From NCBI GenBank assembly GCA_051251855.1, contig JBPOGI010000001.1:224001-288000 (forward strand): a DNA stretch of 64,000 nucleotides, given 5' to 3'. Made by a program: the position numbers and the translations under genes. Below the pieces are notes generated by a model. That model did no database searches. It was given only the letters and a program-made list of their open reading frames with translations, and was not told where the DNA came from. Each line of letters starts with the position of its first letter. Positions within the stretch are counted from its first letter, which is position 1. Below are positions 56,444 through 64,000 of the stretch, one piece after another. Source of the stretch: Roseibacillus sp. (GTDB taxonomy: Bacteria; Verrucomicrobiota; Verrucomicrobiia; Verrucomicrobiales; Akkermansiaceae).

Positions 56444-58462
56444 ATGGTTCTCGCTCAAAAAAGAGGCTTTCGTGAGGCCTTCGTGGTTCAGAGGGCTCGT
56501 TGGTTTGTCTTGTGGCTGTCGTTTTTGGTGCAGCCCTTGGCTGGAAATGAGCCATCGACTTTGGACGAGCTTTCTTTGGACGAAATGGAGGGCCGCCTGC
56601 TGGAAATCGATTCTGAACTGGAAGAATTGGCCAATCTAACTTTGCGCACGGGGGTCGGCAATTTTGGGTGGTCTTCCAAGGGACATCACAGTGGGGAGAA
56701 CACCGAGTGGGTCCATATTGACCTCGAGGATGAAAGAACAGTGGATCAAATCGTGTTGGTTCCGGCGATTTGGCGGGACACTCATTTTGGGCCTCAAGCA
56801 GACGCCTTTCCGCGTGAATTCGAAGTTTTAGTGGGGCTGAATGGAGATCAAGAAGGAGAGGTGGTGGCTTCTTTTGGCCCGGAGGATAAAATATTTGCTC
56901 GTATCGCCCCACTCGTGATTCCCATTCCTCCGGTGACTGCCTCTTGGATTCGAGTGAGAGCGACTTCTCTTTCCCGAACCGCGGTGGGTGGGGGCTTCGC
57001 CTTTCGATTATCAGAAATCATGGTCTTTGGGGGAGAAGAGAACTGGGCCTTGCATCGACCAGTGGCAGTTTCGTCTACGAGGCGCTCACGGGTGCGTTAC
57101 TCTCTATTGGCAGAGGCCCTCGTCGATGGATTTTTGCCCTATGTGATCGATACCGCGCAAGGGGAGGCGAGCAGGGCTTGTGTGATTTTCTATCAGCGAG
57201 AGTTGAAAGCTTCGATTGAAACGGATCTGGGTGAGAGTGTTCCGGTTAATCAGATTCGACTGCACGCGGCCGACGTGAGCGAGAGTGTTCCTCAGATTCA
57301 GCATGCGGATTATGCCTTTCCAAAGCACTTGTTATTAGAAGGTGCTCATCAGGCGGACTTTTCGGATGCTTTCGAGCTACTCAACTTTAGGAGGGAAACG
57401 ATTTATAGCACGGGTCCTTTTGTCACGGTGCAGTTTCCCGAAATGACTTGTCGCTACGTGCGTATTTCGTTCTTAGAGGGGTATCGAAGCCCGGAAGCAA
57501 GGGATGTATGGAGGTGCGTGGGCTTTGCTGAGGTTGAGTTGTTTTCAAGGGGAAGCAACTTTCTACGGGGAAAAGAAATGAGTCTGAAAATTGGAAACGG
57601 CTCTCTTGAAGAAGGGGTCAATTTGGAAGGAGACCTCGCTGCCATGACTGATGGACGGAATCACTTTGGGAGTATCTTGCCCATCCGGAAGTGGGTGGAG
57701 CAACTGGGCAGGCGCCATGATTTGGAAGTGGAGCGACCCTTCGTGGAGGAAGAGCTTCGAAAGCGTTATGGTCGCCAAGAGTCGTTGTTAAAGTTTATGC
57801 GTGTGGCGGTCATTTTGCTGGCCATCGGCATTGTTCTTACTTTTCTGATCGACCGTATCCTTCGGATGAGGCAGGTCGCTCGCATCAAGAAACGCTTTGG
57901 CGCGGACTTGCATGACGAGGTGGGGGCGAACCTACACGCCATTGCTTTGCTCTCCGACATGATTCAGCAAAAGGTGAAAGATGAAGAGCTGTCTGACATG
58001 GTTGAGGAAGTGCGCACAATCTCATTAGAGACCACTGAGGCGACTCAACACTGCACGAGTATGTTAGAGGCGAAGGGCATTTGCGAGGATTTGGCTGGAG
58101 AGTTGAAAAGGGTAGCCGGAAGAATGCTTGTCGATTTGGATCATGAAATGGAAATCGAGGGAGAGGAGCACCTTCAACTCTTGAGTCCCAAGAGGAGGAT
58201 TGACCTTCTTCTTTTTTACAAAGAAAGCTTGGCCAACATCGTGCGACATTCCCAGGCAACAAAAGTGACGACACGAATTGCGGCCGACTCAAAGAATATC
58301 GATCTTGTGGTGAGCGATAACGGGGTGAGCTTTTTGGGAGGAATTCCCTCCTCGCTGCGTCGTCGTGCGCGCTTGGTGCGTGCTAAGGTCGAAATTTTGC
58401 GACCTGAGGGCGCGGGAACGAGTATCGCCTTGAAAACGAAAACCCGCAGATTTGCGATCTGA
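56444..58462 (+). CDS. Sensor histidine kinase (HisKA_3) with periplasmic discoidin/F5-8-like domains
   Basis: WVHIDL and RYVRI...FAEVE discoidin motifs, TM helix, ADLHDEVGA, NIVRHS and DNG. Start uncertain. Confidence 0.88.
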   Translation: MVLAQKRGFREAFVVQRARWFVLWLSFLVQPLAGNEPSTLDELSLDEMEGRLLEIDSELEELANLTLRTGVGNFGWSSKGHHSGENTEWVHIDLEDERTVDQIVLVPAIWRDTHFGPQADAFPREFEVLVGLNGDQEGEVVASFGPEDKIFARIAPLVIPIPPVTASWIRVRATSLSRTAVGGGFAFRLSEIMVFGGEENWALHRPVAVSSTRRSRVRYSLLAEALVDGFLPYVIDTAQGEASRACVIFYQRELKASIETDLGESVPVNQIRLHAADVSESVPQIQHADYAFPKHLLLEGAHQADFSDAFELLNFRRETIYSTGPFVTVQFPEMTCRYVRISFLEGYRSPEARDVWRCVGFAEVELFSRGSNFLRGKEMSLKIGNGSLEEGVNLEGDLAAMTDGRNHFGSILPIRKWVEQLGRRHDLEVERPFVEEELRKRYGRQESLLKFMRVAVILLAIGIVLTFLIDRILRMRQVARIKKRFGADLHDEVGANLHAIALLSDMIQQKVKDEELSDMVEEVRTISLETTEATQHCTSMLEAKGICEDLAGELKRVAGRMLVDLDHEMEIEGEEHLQLLSPKRRIDLLLFYKESLANIVRHSQATKVTTRIAADSKNIDLVVSDNGVSFLGGIPSSLRRRARLVRAKVEILRPEGAGTSIALKTKTRRFAI

Positions 58463-58463
58463 G

Positions 58464-59117
58464 ATGAGCGAGGAAATTAGAATCATGTTGGTCGAGGACA
58501 GTGCCTCTTATGGGAGAGTGATTCAACGTGCGCTTAAGGGAGAGTCGAAGATTCAGGAAGTTGTTCAAGTGGGAACGGCTGAGATGGCTTTACGGAATTT
58601 AAACAACTCCAGTCAGGAACTTCCCGACCTTATCTTGTTAGATTTGTCTTTGCCTGGAATGAACGGTTTGGAAGCGATTCCGCTTTTTCGCCAGGCTAGC
58701 GAATTACCGAAGATTATTGTCCTGACCCAGTCAGATCGGGAAGAGGACGTGGTGAAAGCGATCTCACTCGGGGCGGTGGGGTATTTGATGAAGTCCTCGA
58801 CTTCTCGCCGAATCTCGGAAGCGGTGCATGCGGTGATGGATGGTGAAGCGGCCCTTGATCCGAGCGTGTCGAAGTATGTTCTCCATGCGCTTCAAAAGAA
58901 CCAACCACAGGTGGAGTTGAAGCAGGATCTTTCCGATCGAGAGATGGACACCCTTGTTCTGATGGCAGAAGGACTTTCTAGAAAAGAGATCGCGCAACGA
59001 ATGGGGATTGGGGTGACCACGGTAGTGACCAACATCAATCGCATCTATACGAAGATGGACGTGAACAATGCTCCTGCGGCAGTCAGCAAAGCCTATCGTA
59101 GTGGTTTGTTGGAATAG
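58464..59117 (+). CDS. NarL/LuxR-family response regulator
   Basis: LVED, DLILLDLSLPGMNG, GYLMK, and LSDRE...KEIA HTH. Confidence 0.94.
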   Translation: MSEEIRIMLVEDSASYGRVIQRALKGESKIQEVVQVGTAEMALRNLNNSSQELPDLILLDLSLPGMNGLEAIPLFRQASELPKIIVLTQSDREEDVVKAISLGAVGYLMKSSTSRRISEAVHAVMDGEAALDPSVSKYVLHALQKNQPQVELKQDLSDREMDTLVLMAEGLSRKEIAQRMGIGVTTVVTNINRIYTKMDVNNAPAAVSKAYRSGLLE

Positions 59118-59156
59118 AAATTCGAGTTCGTTGGGCTTGAAGGCTTCGAGCGTTCG

Positions 59157-60092
59157 TTAACGCGATTGCTCCAGCATGCGGAGCAAGGATTCTTCCGCTT
59201 TGACGCGGACGTCTTCGGGGATCTCGACTTGAGGTTCGAGGTTTTCGAGACAGGCGTGCAGCTTCTCCAAGGTGTTCATCTTCATGTAGCGACAGTCGGC
59301 ACAGGCGCAGTTGTCGGTGGGACCGGCGATAAGATTCTTGTCAGGGCACTCTTTTTGCAGGCGGTGGAGCATGCCGGATTCGGTGACGACGATGATGTTT
59401 TTACTGGGCGCATTCTGACAGAAGCTGATCATCTTCTCCGTGGAGCAAACTTCGTCTGCGAGGAGACGAACGGCCTGGGTGCACTCGGGGTGCGCGACGA
59501 CGAGAGCGTCGGGATATTCTTCCTTAATCTTGTGGATGGAGTCGCGGGTAAATTCGACGTGGACGTAGCAATTGCCCTTCCAAAGATCCATTTTGCGGCC
59601 GGTCTGCTCGATGACCCATTGGCCGAGGTTTTCGTCGGGAACAAAGAGGATGGGGCGGTCGGCGGGAGCCTTCTCGACGATGAGAGTGGCGTTGCCGGAG
59701 GTGCAAATGACATCGCAGAGCGCTTTGACACCTGCTGAGCAGTTGATGTAGGCGATGACGTAGTAGTTCTTGTCTTTGTGTTCGGTGAGGTAGGCTTCCA
59801 GTTGGTCGGCGGGACAAGCTTGTTCCAAGGAGCAGCCGGCGTCCTTGTCGGGAAGGATGACCGTTTTATTGGGATTAAGAATTTTGGCAGTTTCAGCCAT
59901 GAAATGAACACCACAGAAGGCGATGACGTCGGCATCGGTTTCGCGTGCTTGGTAGGAGAGACCCAACGAGTCACCCACGTAGTCGGCGATATCTTGGATG
60001 GGGCCCACTTGATAGTTGTGGGCAAGGATGACGGCGTTCTTTTCTTTCTTGAGACGAAGGATGTCTTCGACGAGGTCCAGTGCTGCGGGCAT
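59157..60092 (-). CDS. nadA: Quinolinate synthase A
   Basis: ILAHNYQ, GDSL, FCGVHFMAETAK, AGCSL, YINC, AHPEC and C..MK motifs. Confidence 0.97.
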   Translation of the reverse strand: MPAALDLVEDILRLKKEKNAVILAHNYQVGPIQDIADYVGDSLGLSYQARETDADVIAFCGVHFMAETAKILNPNKTVILPDKDAGCSLEQACPADQLEAYLTEHKDKNYYVIAYINCSAGVKALCDVICTSGNATLIVEKAPADRPILFVPDENLGQWVIEQTGRKMDLWKGNCYVHVEFTRDSIHKIKEEYPDALVVAHPECTQAVRLLADEVCSTEKMISFCQNAPSKNIIVVTESGMLHRLQKECPDKNLIAGPTDNCACADCRYMKMNTLEKLHACLENLEPQVEIPEDVRVKAEESLLRMLEQSR

Positions 60093-60169
60093 GTGGGAGT
60101 TTACCGCGAGCAAAGAAGAGAGGATAGGCAATTCTTAGGAATGCCAAAGCGAGTTATTTAGCCTCTTAA

Positions 60170-60550
60170 AGCATTGTGAATAACTTTGGGAACAAAAGTC
60201 AAAACTGGGGTTCAACATTGTCGAATCCAAGAACCAAGGACGGAGTGGTGGAACATCTTAAGGGCGTGTTTGCAAGGGTTCCACGAAAAGTTATTATCAT
60301 TCCTAACAATTTTTGAACATTGATGTAGTTTGTGTAAGTTGCTTTATGTGAACGGTTTAGGTTCTAGGTTGTTGGGGCTGTTCCCATTGGTTCACAACTT
60401 GTTCACAATCCTAAGGGGTTCCAAATGAGCTGCCAGTTTTGGATGAGATATGGATTCGGAGGACAAAGGGAAACGATTGTGAATAACCTATAGAATAACT
60501 TCTGGAGACCCGTGAGGGCCCCCTGTTTTTCAAAGGGTTCCGTGGAGAAC
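60170..60550. promoter_or_regulatory. DnaA-box cluster with AT-rich core
   Basis: TTATTCACA on the minus strand at 60175-60183 and 60478-60486; TTGTTCACA at 60399; further 2-mismatch boxes at 60187, 60247, 60388 and 60541. Confidence 0.7.
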
Positions 60551-60598
60551 AAAGGTTTTGGCGGGCGCGAAAGTGAGGTGTTGTTTCGGCCGTCGTTC

Positions 60599-61867
60599 TT
60601 ACAGCCGTGACTTTGCAGCCCAGAGCCCGAGGGCTGGATTGGGGATGAAGTAGAAGCGGTTACCGTCGCGGTCTGTGTTCCAGCCTTCTTTGAGTTCGCT
60701 TGGCTGGTAGTAGTCGAGGGCTTCTTGGAGGTCGCGGTATTGATAACCGACGCCTTCGACCTCCTCGCGGGTGAGGTGGCCGGGGCAGTAGGTGACGTTG
60801 AAGCGGCCTTCGGAGGAACCATGGATGAGGTGGGCGGCGGCAGAGAGGTTGTTGGCGAGGTCTTCGTTTTCGTCCACGAATTTCATGACCTCGGGCGAAG
60901 TGCGGTAGCCATATTTGCGGATCAGGCGGTCGATCTCGGGGTCTTCGCCGAACTCTTTGACCTCGGGGGCGAGGACGGTGAGTTGCCCTCCGGTGGCGAT
61001 GGCCATGCGGGTGCGGTAAATCGCTTTGTTGCCAAGCCAGGTGGAGTGAAATTCGGTAGGATCAAGGTAGCAGACGATGCGCTCGGGCTCCTCGTCGAGT
61101 TGGTTGAAGTTGACTTCGACAGCGAGTTGGGCTGCGGCTTCGAAGGGCTCGGTGCCGTGACCAATATAGACTCCGCGCGTGGCGAGGCTGCCGTCGGGGC
61201 GGGGGCCAACCACTGTTTGGACATAAAGTGTGGGGAGCTTTTCGCAAAAGAGTTCTTCCGCCTTGTTGAGGATGCGTCGCAGCGGGGTGTCAGCTTTGCC
61301 CATCATACGCTCCATCCCGTAGGCGGCGCCGATGAAGTGTGACTCGTTAATTCCACTGACACCGCCAGTGCCGACGAAGAGGTTTTTATTGCCGTTAGCC
61401 ATTCCGATGACTTCGTGAGGAACCACTTGGCCGACGGAGATGATGAGGTCGTGTCCGCCCTCCCAGACGAGTTTATTAAGTTGAGCGGGCCAAGCCTTGG
61501 TCCAGATGCCGTCGGTGACATCGCTGACGAATTCAGCGGGGACTTCGCCAATGGTGACCACGTCGTCGCGCCATCGATGAGGACGGACGAGGTTATGGGG
61601 GAGGCCGGGGAACATCTCGTCCAATTGATGGGCGGGCATGGGAACGTGGGTTCCAAGTGCGGGGAGGACGTCTTTGAGGTTTTCCCCGTAATACTGATAG
61701 ATTTCGGAGGTGAGGAGACCAGCGCGCGAGTGAAAACGGGTAAAGTCTGGGGGAATAGCGAGCACGTTGGTGCGGGGGCCTAGTTGGTCGAGGGCGGAGC
61801 GCAGGGCGGCACGAAGTTCATCGTCGGTGAGGTCGGTGGTGGCGGAGCCTTTTGAATAGAGAAGCAT
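60599..61867 (-). CDS. LarA (lactate racemase)/DUF2088-family protein
   Basis: PPDFTR, ALGTH, VVPHEVIG and GNK motifs. Start taken at MLLYSKG. Confidence 0.82.
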   Translation of the reverse strand: MLLYSKGSATTDLTDDELRAALRSALDQLGPRTNVLAIPPDFTRFHSRAGLLTSEIYQYYGENLKDVLPALGTHVPMPAHQLDEMFPGLPHNLVRPHRWRDDVVTIGEVPAEFVSDVTDGIWTKAWPAQLNKLVWEGGHDLIISVGQVVPHEVIGMANGNKNLFVGTGGVSGINESHFIGAAYGMERMMGKADTPLRRILNKAEELFCEKLPTLYVQTVVGPRPDGSLATRGVYIGHGTEPFEAAAQLAVEVNFNQLDEEPERIVCYLDPTEFHSTWLGNKAIYRTRMAIATGGQLTVLAPEVKEFGEDPEIDRLIRKYGYRTSPEVMKFVDENEDLANNLSAAAHLIHGSSEGRFNVTYCPGHLTREEVEGVGYQYRDLQEALDYYQPSELKEGWNTDRDGNRFYFIPNPALGLWAAKSRL

Positions 61868-62035
61868 AAACGTGGGGTCAGCTTGACCGGATTTGGTAAA
61901 AATGAAAAGAGCGGGGATAGCCAGTGTGAGGGGAAAGGAAGAAGTGTTTTTTGCTACGAAATATCTGGGGATTTCGTATAACGCGGCACATCTCGGCCCT
62001 GAATCATCCTTCCTTCTTTTCACTGCTCATCATTT

Positions 62036-63550
62036 ATGTGCGCTTTCTTTCGACGACTTTCCTGTTGTGTTTTTGTTGCATTGGTTGGCAGAGCTTCTGG
62101 GGCTGAGGTCGGAGAGAAGGACCTGGGGCTCCAGTTGGCGGAGAATCCTCCCATGGAGGTTTTGGCCAGGGAGGCTCCTCCGTATCCAGAAATCCCCGAG
62201 AAGTTTGAAATTCGGTCAGGCTACCGCTTGATCGATTCTTTGGATGAGTTTCGATTGGCGATTCAGCGGAATAATCAGCGGATACGGATGAAGCCGGGGA
62301 TTTATCGTGCCAAAAAGACGGATCCGGCGATTGAACTGCCGCTTCGGAAAGGCATCGGGATGGGGCTGAATCGAGAGAAGGGAAGGCAGGAGCACATTTT
62401 TGCGGTCAATGGCTCGAACAACTTTTTCGATCTTCGGGATGTCGTCATTGAGACACCAGTTTCTGTTCAGAGCACGCTTTCGCGACGGGCCCACGTCTCG
62501 GATAGCTGGCACATCAATGGGGCGAACAATGTCTTTGTCGGAGGCTTCTTCCAAAACATTTTGGACCTGACTTACCCTGAGTATTTCGTGACCAATAATG
62601 AATTTGAGGTGACGGGAGATCGCAATCGGTTCTTTGATTGCACCTTTGTGATCAAGGGCTCGATTCCCTATGGATACACCGACTACTATGGGAAGGGGGC
62701 CAAGAATTTCGGGGTGCTCAATAAGCACTGCTTTATGTCCATCGATCATGCCAATGAAACTGAGCTGATTCGTTGCAAGGTCTTTCAGCAATCCTTTGGG
62801 CACTGTGTCCATTTCCACAATTGCAATGGAGTTCTCATTAAGGACTGTGCCTTCACGGGAGCACTGAGGCCGACGAATGATATTTTCAAAGAAGTGGCCG
62901 GTCGGGCAGTGGAATATGACTTTGAGATGAGGTATCGTAGCAGACAGCCTATTCCACGTGATCTGATGATTCCATTGGTGGAGGATGGGATTCGTTCCTA
63001 TGATAACGTGCGGAATATTACCGTCATCAATACGACGGTGGAGAGAATGCGGGGAGCCGTGCAATTGCTTTGCGAGGGGAATGTTACCCTGAAAAATGTG
63101 ACCGTGCGGGAGGCGGGTGATTTCGGTTTTGACGTCTCAGTTGGAAAGGAAGGGAAGGTCTTGTTAGAGAACTGTCAGAGCGATGTGGCCTACAATCCCG
63201 TCTTTCACCTCCTCCGAGGTGAGATGCCTCAGAATGCTCGGTATGAAGTCACTCTGTTGAGTCCTCCAGAAGGCGCTCAGCCAACGCCGAGGACGAACCT
63301 TGGGACGATTTCTGGGGAGCGTTGTCATTTCATTTTGAAAGACGGAACCACGCGGCCGATTCCCGAGGAGGCGAATGTTCTGGTGGCTGGAGGCCCTCGA
63401 CGAGACTTGGTGAAATCAGTAGTCGAAAACTACACTACCGCCAAAATTGTCCTGAACGAAAATGTGCGGGATTGTGTGATCAAATCTGTAGGCCCCGTGG
63501 AGGATGGAGGAAAAGGAAATGAAATCATTCAGTTGAAAGCTGAGGAGTAG
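62036..63550 (+). CDS. Secreted right-handed beta-helix protein
   Basis: Signal peptide; repeated beta-helix-like strands (GVLIKDCAFTG, NITVINTTV, NVTLKNVTV). Confidence 0.7.
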   Translation: MCAFFRRLSCCVFVALVGRASGAEVGEKDLGLQLAENPPMEVLAREAPPYPEIPEKFEIRSGYRLIDSLDEFRLAIQRNNQRIRMKPGIYRAKKTDPAIELPLRKGIGMGLNREKGRQEHIFAVNGSNNFFDLRDVVIETPVSVQSTLSRRAHVSDSWHINGANNVFVGGFFQNILDLTYPEYFVTNNEFEVTGDRNRFFDCTFVIKGSIPYGYTDYYGKGAKNFGVLNKHCFMSIDHANETELIRCKVFQQSFGHCVHFHNCNGVLIKDCAFTGALRPTNDIFKEVAGRAVEYDFEMRYRSRQPIPRDLMIPLVEDGIRSYDNVRNITVINTTVERMRGAVQLLCEGNVTLKNVTVREAGDFGFDVSVGKEGKVLLENCQSDVAYNPVFHLLRGEMPQNARYEVTLLSPPEGAQPTPRTNLGTISGERCHFILKDGTTRPIPEEANVLVAGGPRRDLVKSVVENYTTAKIVLNENVRDCVIKSVGPVEDGGKGNEIIQLKAEE

Positions 63551-64000
63551 GGGAGCGGAGAGCTTTTCTTCGAAGGACTTCTTTGACGGCTTTGTGGCAA
63601 TTGATGAGTCCATGGCCAGTCTCGTAGTCGACTCCGGCAGGGCCGACGTCCGTGGCGGTAGAGGTGATGATCTCCTTGAGGTCCCAAGGGAGGAGGTCGG
63701 GATCGGCAGAAAGCATCAAAGAGATGGCACCACAAAACATGGGGCCGGCATAGGAATTGCCATTCAGTAATCCGGGATGAAAAGAGCCATCTGGAAATTG
63801 TCCGGGAACCGCAGCGTTGAAGGCACAGACCTCGGGCTTTTGCACTTCTCCGTCCTGATAGTGCTCGTTGTTCCACTCGACGGGGCCTACGCAGGAAAAG
63901 TCGGTTTTGCTGAGGTTTTGCTGAACTCCGGCTGCGGCGAAGACGGCGTTGGGAATGCTCTGGGGGATATTCATCAAGAAGGGGGTGGGGTGATTGCGAG
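63525..64000 (-). CDS. S8 subtilisin-family peptidase, C-terminal part (5' end outside the window)
   Basis: KPEVCA, GNSYAGP catalytic-Ser region, LMLSADP, ITSTATD and GHGLIN; frame open to the window edge. Confidence 0.82.
   Translation of the reverse strand, partial: RNHPTPFLMNIPQSIPNAVFAAAGVQQNLSKTDFSCVGPVEWNNEHYQDGEVQKPEVCAFNAAVPGQFPDGSFHPGLLNGNSYAGPMFCGAISLMLSADPDLLPWDLKEIITSTATDVGPAGVDYETGHGLINCHKAVKEVLRRKALRSPTPQLSTE

Noticed and set aside
56295..56912. 205-aa minus-strand ORF
   Set aside because: Antisense to the sensor kinase, with no protein-like features.
60128..60146. TGGCA...TTGC upstream of nadA
   Set aside because: Spacing is too long for a -24/-12 promoter.
60403..60822. 139-aa minus-strand ORF running into the DnaA-box region
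   Set aside because: Off-frame overlap with the larA-like 3' end, low-complexity translation.

Overview
Bacterial chromosomal window, most likely from Verrucomicrobiales (inferred from four PEP-CTERM genes, an rsmA-NUDIX fusion, a discoidin-domain sensor kinase and large secreted multidomain proteins). Most of it is housekeeping: trxA, lysC, recJ, rsmA, mnmA, the yceD-rpmF-plsX-hisI run, aat, a type-B rpmJ missed by the ORF track, rpoN, nadA and tRNA-Val(CAC). There is also an RDD-SpoIIM-DUF4129-DUF4350-MoxR-DUF58 operon. An accessory block (about 46.8-59.1 kb) starts at a CTAG-ended MITE-like inverted repeat and encodes three secreted proteins built from two shuffled, unrecognised domains, divergent from a two-component system; two of their upstream regions share a motif. 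Other notable items: a C-terminal putative sorting domain shared by three secreted proteins; a dense DnaA-box cluster at 60.15-60.55 kb with no visible GC-skew switch; a G8 frameshift in a PEP-CTERM metalloprotease; a sigma54-type site upstream of rpoN; and a 23-aa hydrophobic mini-ORF. No CRISPR array, rRNA or transposase was seen. All family calls come from motif recognition by eye, not database searches.
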